From a virus, in IMG/VR virus record IMGVR_UViG_3300042878_001497, positions 109,416 through 173,415 of that record: DNA of 64,000 nt, one strand, 5' to 3'. The notes beneath the pieces were generated by a model. It made no database searches, was not told the DNA's origin, and saw only the letters and a list, made by a program, of their open reading frames with translations. Position numbers and translations under genes: made by a program. Below are positions 8,786 through 17,280 of the stretch, piece after piece; the stretch's first letter is position 1; the number at the start of each line of letters is the position of its first letter.

Positions 8786-9052
8786 ATGGTAAAAGAAATC
8801 ACCTCAATGATGTCAGCACTCAAAGCAAAGGGTGTGAAGGTATGCGGCACAGCTTCAGAGTTCTACAGTGCTAAGACTCACATCGACGGTATCTGGGTAG
8901 CAGCTGAGTACACCCCGGACCTATTCAACTACTGGTCTGAGGCTTGGGCTGATACGTTCGGTGTTAAGCCTTCACTCAACAAGCTGGTTGAGGAGTCGGG
9001 CTGGTACTTTGAGTGGCATGACGCCGGTACGATGATGGTGTGGAAGCAGTAA
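8786..9052 (+). CDS. hypothetical early protein
   Basis: Own promoter and leader. Confidence 0.8.
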   Translation: MVKEITSMMSALKAKGVKVCGTASEFYSAKTHIDGIWVAAEYTPDLFNYWSEAWADTFGVKPSLNKLVEESGWYFEWHDAGTMMVWKQ

Positions 9053-9122
9053 CATAGAGTTGTCACCTGAGAGTATCCTTCATATCTTTAGTAAACAGAA
9101 TAACAACTAACAACAGCAAGAC

Positions 9123-9350
9123 ATGAACAAGAAAAAGTATCCTAAAGCCCAGCTTGACGCAGTCCTAGAAGGTGTATTGGTAGAATCACTACAGCTCTGG
9201 CAGAATGCATTCATCCAGGAGTTAGACAAGATGAAGGCCGATGGTAAGATCCCGATGTTCCATCCTAACTGGACCGCTCAAATGCTGAGAGAGTTCGGAC
9301 ATCGGTTCAGGGTGCAGGAGCTAATCGATACCCCGGCAGTACAGGATTAA
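9123..9350 (+). CDS. hypothetical early protein
   Basis: Own promoter; followed by a terminator. Confidence 0.75.
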   Translation: MNKKKYPKAQLDAVLEGVLVESLQLWQNAFIQELDKMKADGKIPMFHPNWTAQMLREFGHRFRVQELIDTPAVQD

Positions 9351-9352
9351 GA

Positions 9353-9382
9353 GAGAGGGCCCTTAGGGGCTCTTTTTTTTTG
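9353..9382 (+). terminator. intrinsic terminator ending the early cassette array
   Basis: GAGGGCCC-TTAG-GGGCTCTT stem followed by a long T run. Confidence 0.85.
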
Positions 9383-9578
9383 ACTGATGTCGTCAGGAGG
9401 TCAAGGTGAGAGCGGGGTGACGGCAAGGTGCTATAAACCTGCTAGTATATTTCACTATACGGTTTTCTCGACGGTTAGCTAGAGGTAACCCTAGTAATGC
9501 ATCGCTGATCAAATTTTAAGGTATACTAATATATATTTATATATAGAAAGCAAGGGTACAAGCGCTTCAACGGGTTAA

Positions 9579-9857
9579 TTAATTAGATTTAGTTGAAGCT
9601 AGATCCTTCAACTCCTTTTTTGTTCTCTCTTCACATTTATCCACCCTACTGTCGATATGACGGTAGACTGCCTCCAGGTCCCGCCTTATGGCATTGTCCT
9701 GTTCGTTACTAAATTCGTATAACCTTTGTTCAGCTTTCTCAAAATCAGCTACTGCTTTGATAAGACTCTTAATTGTCACATAGTTCATAAACGTAACCGC
9801 AACTACTACCGAAGTAATAACAGCACCTACACCTAAAAGAAATGATATTGTTTCCAT
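9579..9857 (-). CDS. small single-pass membrane protein with cytoplasmic coiled coil
   Basis: N-terminal hydrophobic segment ISFLLGVGAVITSVVVAVTFM; own promoter at 9908-9939 on the minus strand; the only convincing minus-strand gene. Confidence 0.8.
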   Translation of the reverse strand: METISFLLGVGAVITSVVVAVTFMNYVTIKSLIKAVADFEKAEQRLYEFSNEQDNAIRRDLEAVYRHIDSRVDKCEERTKKELKDLASTKSN

Positions 9858-9907
9858 ATTATATATTTTATATATGTCAAAGCACTTGTAGCACCCTTAC
9901 TACGGTT

Positions 9908-9939
9908 TTAATATAAGAACTTTTGGTAGAAAAACCAAC
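9908..9939 (-). promoter_or_regulatory. early-type promoter for the 9857..9579 gene
   Basis: Minus strand reads GTTG-N20-TATATTAA. Confidence 0.7.
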
Positions 9940-10047
9940 TATGTCCGGGGAAATTTTCCGGAAAAATTTTTATATATGTAGTTGTCTATATAATTATATC
10001 TTTATATATTTAATAATATAGGAGGAATCCTATTTATATAAAAAACT

Positions 10048-10431
10048 ATGAAGCTTATCTCTGCTCTTCTTTCGGAATCTAAAAGCGGTATCTTTGACGG
10101 TAAAACTTACCTTGATGATGCTACTTCGGCTATGGAGTTTGAGAAAGGGTACGAGGCCTTAGCTAGATTTGTTCATCCTAGACTAGTTATCAAAAAAGGC
10201 CACGATCCCGATCTAAAAATGGATTTAACCATAGCTTATGAAGAGCCTTCGGATTTACACTTTAGGTATATCGAGACTACGGGAGAATTTTTCTACGATG
10301 AAAAAATCTTCAAAGCAATCCTTCAGACCCCGGCCGTAAGAGAGAAACTAGGTAAGCTTTGGAATATCTCCCCGGACCCGGTAGAGGTATTTCGCCGCTA
10401 CGGTGCTGTTACAACTAAACTATCAGCGTGA
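10048..10431 (+). CDS. putative head-packaged (internal) protein
   Basis: N-terminus MKLISALLSE; late motif TATTTATA at 10031. Confidence 0.55.
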   Translation: MKLISALLSESKSGIFDGKTYLDDATSAMEFEKGYEALARFVHPRLVIKKGHDPDLKMDLTIAYEEPSDLHFRYIETTGEFFYDEKIFKAILQTPAVREKLGKLWNISPDPVEVFRRYGAVTTKLSA

Positions 10432-10856
10432 AAGCTCTACCACCTGCCTTTCTATCGATCTTCGATTACGATGATCAGGATGACCTTAGTAAGGAGGGGT
10501 TTACTAAGGCGGTGATCGATTACACCCAGCATCCGTACATCATTTTCGGTACCGTGATCAAATGCGTTGAGAACTTCTTTATCATTAATGAGATGTACCG
10601 TAAAAAATACGGAGAGAGATATCAATCAATTGAGCAGACCGTGCGAAAGACTTACTTTGATAGAGTATTCACTTACCTAGAAAGATTCGATGAGAGTAGA
10701 TATGAGCATATAGTAGAGGCTAGAAAATTTACTCCTCAGGAAATTGCCTTTGCTATGGAGGAGTTAAGAGATCACTATGAGGGTATTGAAGAGTATGAAA
10801 GATGTGCACGAATCCAAAAGATTTATAATATTTTAGCAGTAGAAGTTGCTTCTTAA
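10428..10856 (+). CDS. hypothetical protein with C-terminal UVR-like motif
   Basis: YEGIEEYERCARIQK. Confidence 0.6.
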   Translation: MKALPPAFLSIFDYDDQDDLSKEGFTKAVIDYTQHPYIIFGTVIKCVENFFIINEMYRKKYGERYQSIEQTVRKTYFDRVFTYLERFDESRYEHIVEARKFTPQEIAFAMEELRDHYEGIEEYERCARIQKIYNILAVEVAS

Positions 10857-10899
10857 GCATTTACTTACTATCTTTAAGTATCAATAAAAAATAAAGGTT

Positions 10900-11103
10900 A
10901 TGCTTAGTACGATCATTTACTACATCATTGTAGGAGTTACTTTTAACTTCCTATGGGATTTTGTTGTCTCAAAGACTCGAAAAGAGGAAAACCGTTTCAC
11001 TATGTTAGAGCGTATTATCGTGACTATTATCTGGCCGATAACTATACTCTTCTTTATCTTTATTTTAGCTAGGAATCTATTTTTCGGTAACGATCAAGAG
11101 TAA
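10900..11103 (+). CDS. small two-TM membrane protein
   Basis: Two hydrophobic segments; own early promoter. Confidence 0.7.
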   Translation: MLSTIIYYIIVGVTFNFLWDFVVSKTRKEENRFTMLERIIVTIIWPITILFFIFILARNLFFGNDQE

Positions 11104-11106
11104 GTT

Positions 11107-11736
11107 ATGTCTTTAAAGAAACTATCCTTCGAAGAGGCTTTAGAACTTGAATCTGAGTCTCTCATTACCATCTACGATTTCTACCCAGATACCTCTGAGC
11201 TAGACTATCACCCCAAGGCTAAGGAATGGTTTCAGAACTACGCCGATATGCGCTTTAAGTTTCGTCAGCATAATCCTGCCGATGTCTCTAATATGCTTAA
11301 CTGTGACTACCGTATTGAGGTCCCTATGGCTTATGAGCCTGAAACCAATACCCATTCCTGGAAGTACTTATTTGCTAAGCTGACTCAAGATCTTAATAAG
11401 TTCAAGCAGTATCATTCTAGAGGAAGTTATATCTACATCCTCACCAACGAGGCTTACCCGGGATTTGTCAAGATTGGTAAAGCGGTTAATCCCTTGCGGA
11501 GAGTTGAACAGATTAACGGTGCTGGTGTTGTTTCGGAATGGAAGCTTCGGTATTCACTCCCGGTAGAGAATGATTATCTGTTAGAGCATTCCGTTCACGA
11601 GTATTTAGTTAACCACCGCCGGACTACCGATCAAGGATCTTCCCGTGAATTCTTTGAGGTTACGCTAGACCGTGCTATTGAAGTTATTGAACTGTTAGGT
11701 GCACAAATGAAGATCGGAGATGCTTTCTATTACTAG
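11107..11736 (+). CDS. T5orf172/GIY-YIG domain protein
   Basis: SYIYILTNEAYPGFVKIGKA...RRVEQIN...LEHSVH...REFF. Confidence 0.85.
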   Translation: MSLKKLSFEEALELESESLITIYDFYPDTSELDYHPKAKEWFQNYADMRFKFRQHNPADVSNMLNCDYRIEVPMAYEPETNTHSWKYLFAKLTQDLNKFKQYHSRGSYIYILTNEAYPGFVKIGKAVNPLRRVEQINGAGVVSEWKLRYSLPVENDYLLEHSVHEYLVNHRRTTDQGSSREFFEVTLDRAIEVIELLGAQMKIGDAFYY

Positions 11737-11917
11737 ATTTGCGGGGCGGCTTCGTGCGCGGCGCGGCGCGTGTGAAAACTTTTTTATAAAACAGTTGTTT
11801 CGCATTGATTTATTTCGTATATTTGAAACGAAGGGGAGGAAAAAAAGGGGAGAGTAAAAATATTATATAGATAATATTAGTATATTATATATAAAGATTA
11901 ATAATTATTAAGTACTT

Positions 11918-12100
11918 ATGAAAAACAAAAATTTATATCAAGAAAAAATTAATCGTCTTGAATCACAAATCAAGAAGATTGAACACAGTGTTGCAACTCT
12001 AAATAGAGATCAAGCTTATGTAGAGTTAGATAAAGCTCGAGAGATCCTTCGAGATATGCAAACTATGATTAACCGAGAAGAGGAATACTTTAAAGCTTAA
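11918..12100 (+). CDS. small coiled-coil protein
   Basis: 60-aa helical ORF downstream of promoter 11794. Confidence 0.6.
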   Translation: MKNKNLYQEKINRLESQIKKIEHSVATLNRDQAYVELDKAREILRDMQTMINREEEYFKA

Positions 12101-12102
12101 CT

Positions 12103-12840
12103 ATGCAGCTCACACCCGAACAAGTAGAAGCTAATTGGAATCGTCATCTTCAATACGTTGAAGATTATATTACCGGAGAACGTAAGGAAAAGCTTAAAGC
12201 TACTTACGAATCTCTTGCTGAACACATGGTTCTTGCTCCTGCCTCCTCAAAAACATGGTACCACAATGCATTTCCGGGAGGATATGTAGAGCATGTTAAT
12301 AGAGTAGTAGAGCTTGCACTCCGTACTATGAAATTCTGGGCAGTATCCGGTGCAAATATTGATTTTACCGAGGAAGAACTTGTTTTTGCTGCTTTAAACC
12401 ATGATCTAGGTAAGATCGGTGACGGAGAACAGGACGGTTACCTACCTCAAACCGATAATTGGAGGAGAGACAAGCTAAAAGAGGAGTATTCTATTAATAC
12501 TTCCCTAGATTTTATGCTTATTCAAGATAGATCCCTTTATCTCCTTCAGAAATACGGTATTTCCATGTCTCAGAAAGAGTATTTAGGTATCAGACTCCAT
12601 GATGGCATCTTCGATGATGCAAATAAGGCGTATTTCTTCAATCATAACCCAGATTCTAGGTTCAAAACCAATATAGTCTTTGTCCTACACCAGGCTGACT
12701 TCATGGCTTCTAAGATTGAGTATGATCGCTGGTTAGGAAACGGAGGTAAAAGCACTCCAAACGTAAGTAAAACAGGTACCTCTACCGGTAAAACTGTTAA
12801 ATCTTCAGAAAATTTAAGTAATTTATTAAAAAACATCTAA
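12103..12840 (+). CDS. HD-domain phosphohydrolase (YhaM/Cbf-like)
   Basis: APAS...YHNAFPGGYVEH...LNHDLGKIG...IRLHDG...LHQAD. Confidence 0.88.
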   Translation: MQLTPEQVEANWNRHLQYVEDYITGERKEKLKATYESLAEHMVLAPASSKTWYHNAFPGGYVEHVNRVVELALRTMKFWAVSGANIDFTEEELVFAALNHDLGKIGDGEQDGYLPQTDNWRRDKLKEEYSINTSLDFMLIQDRSLYLLQKYGISMSQKEYLGIRLHDGIFDDANKAYFFNHNPDSRFKTNIVFVLHQADFMASKIEYDRWLGNGGKSTPNVSKTGTSTGKTVKSSENLSNLLKNI

Positions 12841-12842
12841 AA

Positions 12843-13112
12843 ATGTTGGTTCTATCCATTTTTCTAGCTATATTAGCATCAGTCCTCGGGTTTTCTACAT
12901 GGAATCTCCTAAGAAAACTAGAGAAGTTAGAGGACACCGTTCAAGATCAACAAAGATACGTTGAGAATATCTCCAATATTATTGAGGATTCAAACAAAAG
13001 GTTACGTGAAATCGACGACAAAGGGCACTTCAGTGCAGATGATGAAGTCGGTTTCTTCTTTGAAAACCTAAAAGAAATACAGAGTGCTCTCGATGGTTAC
13101 AGACTAAGATAA
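12843..13112 (+). CDS. membrane-anchored coiled-coil protein
   Basis: N-terminal TM followed by a heptad-rich region. Confidence 0.65.
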   Translation: MLVLSIFLAILASVLGFSTWNLLRKLEKLEDTVQDQQRYVENISNIIEDSNKRLREIDDKGHFSADDEVGFFFENLKEIQSALDGYRLR

Positions 13113-13115
13113 CCT

Positions 13116-13817
13116 ATGGGAAGAAAGAAGAGTAATACAAACTATTTTACACAAGATACCGAGAATGCAATAGTAGCTTACAACAACTCAACCGATACAA
13201 CCTTCAGACAGAAGATTTTTACGGATGAAATCTACTACCCTTTCTACAAGCTCGTAGAAAACATCATTCACACCTTTAGATTCTACTACACCGACGTTGA
13301 TGACCTCGAAGATTTAAAACACGAGGTCATTTCCCTGTTAATAGAGGAGAAGATTCATATGTTTGACCCTACTAGAGGTGCAAAAGCCTACTCGTACTTC
13401 GGTACAATTGTGAAAAGGCACTTAATCAACTACAATAATAAGAACTACAAGCGCCTCAAATCATTAGCTCCTGTCGAAGACTTTAACGGAACCTATGATT
13501 TAGATACATCTGAAGTACGTCCGTACGCGTTTACATTACGTCAAATCTTCGATATCTATATAGAACGTACTTATAGCAAACTAGACGCCCTTTTCCCTAA
13601 AGAATCAGATAAGAAGGTAGCTGATGCTATTTTAACGCTTTTTGAAAAACGTTACGATCTCGACATTTTTAAGAAGAAAGCGTTATACATCTATATACGA
13701 GAGATTACCGGTACTGAAACTCCGTACCTTACTAAAGTTATCAACGTATTGAAAGAAGAGTTCTATACTTTATATAATGGATTAGAGCAGGAAGGTTTAA
13801 TTGACCTAAAAAACTAA
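13116..13817 (+). CDS. gp55: late sigma factor, T4 gp55-like
   Basis: NYFT N-terminus and region-2-like EDLKHEVIS...HMFDPTRGAKAYSYFGTIVKRHLI; lies immediately before the late structural genes. Confidence 0.7.
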   Translation: MGRKKSNTNYFTQDTENAIVAYNNSTDTTFRQKIFTDEIYYPFYKLVENIIHTFRFYYTDVDDLEDLKHEVISLLIEEKIHMFDPTRGAKAYSYFGTIVKRHLINYNNKNYKRLKSLAPVEDFNGTYDLDTSEVRPYAFTLRQIFDIYIERTYSKLDALFPKESDKKVADAILTLFEKRYDLDIFKKKALYIYIREITGTETPYLTKVINVLKEEFYTLYNGLEQEGLIDLKN

Positions 13818-13841
13818 CCTTTCTATTTATAAAGAAAGAGT

Positions 13842-14180
13842 ATGGCACTGGATAAGGAGCTATTTAACGGCAAGACTGTTTCTAACGTACTAGAGGAGAT
13901 TTATAACAACTCTAAGAAAAAAGATAAACAGATCAATGCTCTCATCGGAGAGCTTAAGCCTCTTATTGAAAATATCGGGGACGCTACCCTAGTAGTCCCC
14001 ATGATCGCTAACTACCTAGAGATCGGAGTTAAGAACGATGAGATGCTCGTAAAAATGCTCACCATCGTCCAGAGAATGGATAATGCTAGGACATCTGGTG
14101 ATACAGCAGGATTTGAACTAGGAGCAGAAGAACTAGCCCAGATCCTAGAACAAGCCAATGCATTAGGAGAGCAAAAATAA
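13842..14180 (+). CDS. late helical protein (possible terminase small subunit; unproven)
   Basis: Late promoter; all-helical 112 aa; no TerS lies next to TerL. Confidence 0.35.
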   Translation: MALDKELFNGKTVSNVLEEIYNNSKKKDKQINALIGELKPLIENIGDATLVVPMIANYLEIGVKNDEMLVKMLTIVQRMDNARTSGDTAGFELGAEELAQILEQANALGEQK

Positions 14181-15241
14181 TGGCATACGAATACGGCCCG
14201 TCTAAAAAAGACAGGAAATATGGTAGTTCCTTAAAGCAGGTCTACGATATATTCCTTGCTAAGGTAATCTCCACAGATCTTTCAACAGTAGATCCTGAGA
14301 GTACTTTTAAGATTAAGTACACTAAGGACCTAGATAACCCAGTATCGAGAGATAGTACAGCATATAGTACAGCGCTTCCATATAGTAGCGCTTATAAAAA
14401 ACCACCCCTACCGGGAGAGGTAGTTTTAGTCATACGTACACAGATAAAGAGTCAAGGTAAAACTTCTACACCTCTAGAAAACTCTTACTACTTAGAACCT
14501 CTTAACTTATGGAAACATCCTCAACACGGGCAGACTCCTATAGGTAATGAAGATAATGTAACGACTGTCAAGGATTTTACAGAGAGGAGCGATATTAACC
14601 CGCTTACTCCTTACGCTGGGGATGTTCTATTTGAAGGAAGGCAAGGGCAGAGTCTTAGATTTTCACAAAGTATTCCTAATAAGACTCCCTGGAATGGTCC
14701 TTTAGGAGAACCTATTATGGTTCTGAGTAATGGTCAAGTTACAGTTAATAATGGATTTGAATACATAAAAGAAGATGTAAATGAAGATTACGCTTCTTTA
14801 TATCTAACTTCTACTCAAAAACTCCCACTAACCCCAGGTAACAAGCTTACCCAACCACTAAACGAGTACGACCAGCCTCAAGCTATCTTAACTAGCGGCA
14901 GAGTAGTACTTAACGCTCGAGACAACAACCTGATCTTATCTACTCCCGCTGCTTTAGAAGCTTCAGGAAGAGTTGTAAACATCAAAGCAGAAGACACTAT
15001 AACTAGTGAAGCTCCTCAAATCAAACTAGGAGAACAGGCAGATCAAAAAGCAATATTAGGAGATAGAATGTTAGCAGATCTATCAGCGGTTTTAATTGAA
15101 CTTACTAAGGTAACTGCTGCACTCGGATCACTAGGTATAGCTCCCCTTACAGCACCTGCCGCTTCATTTACCGAGCGAGCAACAAGGTTCATATTAGAGG
15201 TAGAGCAAATGAAATCAAACAAAGTACTTATCCAGAAATGA
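14180..15241 (+). CDS. baseplate hub/central spike protein (gp5/gpV-like)
   Basis: OB-like N-terminus (PLPGEVVLV), GDVLFEGRQGQSLRF, beta-strand repeats, then IKLG...AILGD; located in the baseplate operon. Confidence 0.55.
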   Translation: MAYEYGPSKKDRKYGSSLKQVYDIFLAKVISTDLSTVDPESTFKIKYTKDLDNPVSRDSTAYSTALPYSSAYKKPPLPGEVVLVIRTQIKSQGKTSTPLENSYYLEPLNLWKHPQHGQTPIGNEDNVTTVKDFTERSDINPLTPYAGDVLFEGRQGQSLRFSQSIPNKTPWNGPLGEPIMVLSNGQVTVNNGFEYIKEDVNEDYASLYLTSTQKLPLTPGNKLTQPLNEYDQPQAILTSGRVVLNARDNNLILSTPAALEASGRVVNIKAEDTITSEAPQIKLGEQADQKAILGDRMLADLSAVLIELTKVTAALGSLGIAPLTAPAASFTERATRFILEVEQMKSNKVLIQK

Positions 15242-16440
15242 GCGAGTTTGATCTACAGCCCTGCGACGGCAGGCATCTCATACAAAAGCTTAGCGATGAG
15301 CTTTTAAAAGCCTTAGCTCAAGCCAAGCAAAAATCCTGTGATGAACTAGCCCAGATCTTGACTGAATTCGGAATAGAAGATGTTAAGCCATGTGATCTTG
15401 TAAGCGAGAGATTTCTCAGACTGATTGCAAATAATCAAACCGACGAAGCAATCAACTTACTACTTTCTGGACTAAACCTACCCCCACACACTCTTAAACT
15501 ATTGATTCAAGGGTTTGATAAACTTACCCCGCAAGAGCAGGCAGATGTAGTACTATATATAGAAGCTTCTGGAGTCTCTTTACCTCCTTACACTGCTAAA
15601 ATTATACAAGCTGAAGGAGGAATCAAAACTGGGTTAAATAAACTTTCAGAACAAGAGAGGAAAGAGTTCAACCAATGGTTCCAAGATAGAGGGACAGCCT
15701 ACACTCTAAGCTTTCTGACCCCCATCATACTCTCTCAGGTTACTCAAAAGATTCAATGTCCAACCGGTCAAACACTTCAAACACTAATTAACGTAGTTAG
15801 AACCATTAAGAAGTTTGTAAACAGTCTTGCAACAAAGCTACAAACTCTTACACAGGTTGTAAATCTAACTTCATCTGCTATCAATGCAATAAGCTTAACC
15901 CTTACTGCATTAGAAGAAGCTGCTAAAGCTTCTGAAGCAAGTACTTTTGCTTCCGCCGCTACCCCAAGCGGTGCATCCGGAGTGTTCGCCCTACTTACTG
16001 CTAGAGTTTATAGACTAGCAGATCGCATCAGGCCTGATATTCAAGGTCCCAGTAACCGCTACGGAGAGAAAGGATTAGACGGGATAGCCTGTCAAGCAGC
16101 TAAAACAGTTACATATATTACAATTCAAGTAAACACCGTTCAAGCTATTATCACAATCATTGATACGCTACTACAATCCTGCAGTAAAGATCAAATAGAC
16201 ACAGGTAACTTTATACCAGTACAACTTTCACAGAGCGGGGAAAATAACCTAGGTACATATCAAGGTTACAGGATTGAAGTTCGTATTGACCCAAACTCAC
16301 CACCAGTCGCTCCTAGGCGTTACGCAGTAGCTATTGACTCTATTGGAGCAGTCGTGCTAGAAGGTAACAAGTCCTTCTCTAGCTCTAACGAACTTCTTAT
16401 AGAAGAGCTTAAGCTAGCCATTGATCGACTAGTTAATTAA
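15238..16440 (+). CDS. hypothetical virion/baseplate-associated helical protein
   Basis: Operon position; long helical segment. Confidence 0.5.
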   Translation: MSEFDLQPCDGRHLIQKLSDELLKALAQAKQKSCDELAQILTEFGIEDVKPCDLVSERFLRLIANNQTDEAINLLLSGLNLPPHTLKLLIQGFDKLTPQEQADVVLYIEASGVSLPPYTAKIIQAEGGIKTGLNKLSEQERKEFNQWFQDRGTAYTLSFLTPIILSQVTQKIQCPTGQTLQTLINVVRTIKKFVNSLATKLQTLTQVVNLTSSAINAISLTLTALEEAAKASEASTFASAATPSGASGVFALLTARVYRLADRIRPDIQGPSNRYGEKGLDGIACQAAKTVTYITIQVNTVQAIITIIDTLLQSCSKDQIDTGNFIPVQLSQSGENNLGTYQGYRIEVRIDPNSPPVAPRRYAVAIDSIGAVVLEGNKSFSSSNELLIEELKLAIDRLVN

Positions 16441-16454
16441 ATCTATTTATTATT

Positions 16455-16880
16455 ATGAAAGCTAGTGAATTTAAAAGTCTAATTAAAGAAGCTGTAAGAG
16501 AAGCTATCAGAGAAGAACTTTCTGAAATGAAAGCTCCCGCTCCTATGCAGACTGAAGCTACAGCACCTGCACCTAAGCCATTACAATTCTCAGGAGGAAA
16601 TCCTCTTATGGAAGCCCTTAATATGACTAGCCGTTCTATGACTTCGGAAGATTACCGCAGCATGGGAACAGCAACAGCTAATATGGCTGAAATGTTTGAT
16701 AGAGGCGCATTCACGCCCAGGCAGGCCTTCAAACCAGTCTCTGAAGATCCTAGAGCAGTAGCTCAAGCTGTAGCCGCCGCCCCAAAAGTAGGGCTAGATC
16801 TATCCCAGTTGAGCTTTGTTAATAAAGCAGCAGCAATTGTAAAGCAAGCAAATAAGAAGAGAGATCCATATGGCGTATAA
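16455..16880 (+). CDS. hypothetical late protein
   Basis: Late promoter; N-terminus MKASEFKSLIKEAVREAIREELSE. Confidence 0.6.
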   Translation: MKASEFKSLIKEAVREAIREELSEMKAPAPMQTEATAPAPKPLQFSGGNPLMEALNMTSRSMTSEDYRSMGTATANMAEMFDRGAFTPRQAFKPVSEDPRAVAQAVAAAPKVGLDLSQLSFVNKAAAIVKQANKKRDPYGV

Positions 16881-17280
16881 CGTACAGAGAATTAACCCAT
16901 TAGACCTTCAGCCTAGAAAAGCTGTAGGGGTTGCTTTACCTTTCCAAGGTAGAGCTGTTTTTAATTCTACGTATACTACCAAAGACGCTACTAAAGCTAA
17001 TCTTATCAATTTCTTTCTCACCGGACAGAATGAAAGAGTTTTCAATGTAGATTTTGGAGCAGGTCTTCGAAATTTTGTATTTGAAGCTATTACCCAAGAT
17101 AGCGTTGAAGAGATCACAGAACGTATAGAGACCTCACTAAAACTATACTTTCCACAAGTTCAGGTTAAGACTTTAAAACTTACACCAGAACCGGACCAAA
17201 ACTTAATCTCTTTTGAATTAAAATACTCTGTTAGAGAAACCAACATTACAGATGAGATTGTAATTAACTTTGAGCAATAA
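16870..17280 (+). CDS. gp25: baseplate wedge subunit, gp25-like
   Basis: KANLINFFLTGQNERVFNVDFGAGLRNFVFE...FPQVQV is a GPW/gp25 signature. Confidence 0.9.
   Translation: MAYNVQRINPLDLQPRKAVGVALPFQGRAVFNSTYTTKDATKANLINFFLTGQNERVFNVDFGAGLRNFVFEAITQDSVEEITERIETSLKLYFPQVQVKTLKLTPEPDQNLISFELKYSVRETNITDEIVINFEQ

Larger units (their letters stand above)
573..11825 (+). promoter_or_regulatory. series of host-type (Bacteroidota-like) early promoters GTTG-N20-TAT(C/A)TTT(A/G)
   Basis: GTTG at 573, 1428, 4709, 5011, 5419, 5659, 5968, 6231, 6399, 6889, 7420, 8484, 8731, 9059, 9981, 10845 and 11794, each exactly 20 nt before TATCTTTA, TATATTTA or TATATTTG; a -7-only variant lies at 6730. Most are followed by an AAAAACAACAACGGTTATG-type leader. 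Confidence 0.9.

Noticed and set aside
9383-11700. GC-skew inversion marking an origin or terminus near 9.4-10 kb
   Set aside because: The early array looks G-rich and the region near 11 kb looks C-rich, but spot counts further right were mixed, so this cannot be supported without a computed skew.
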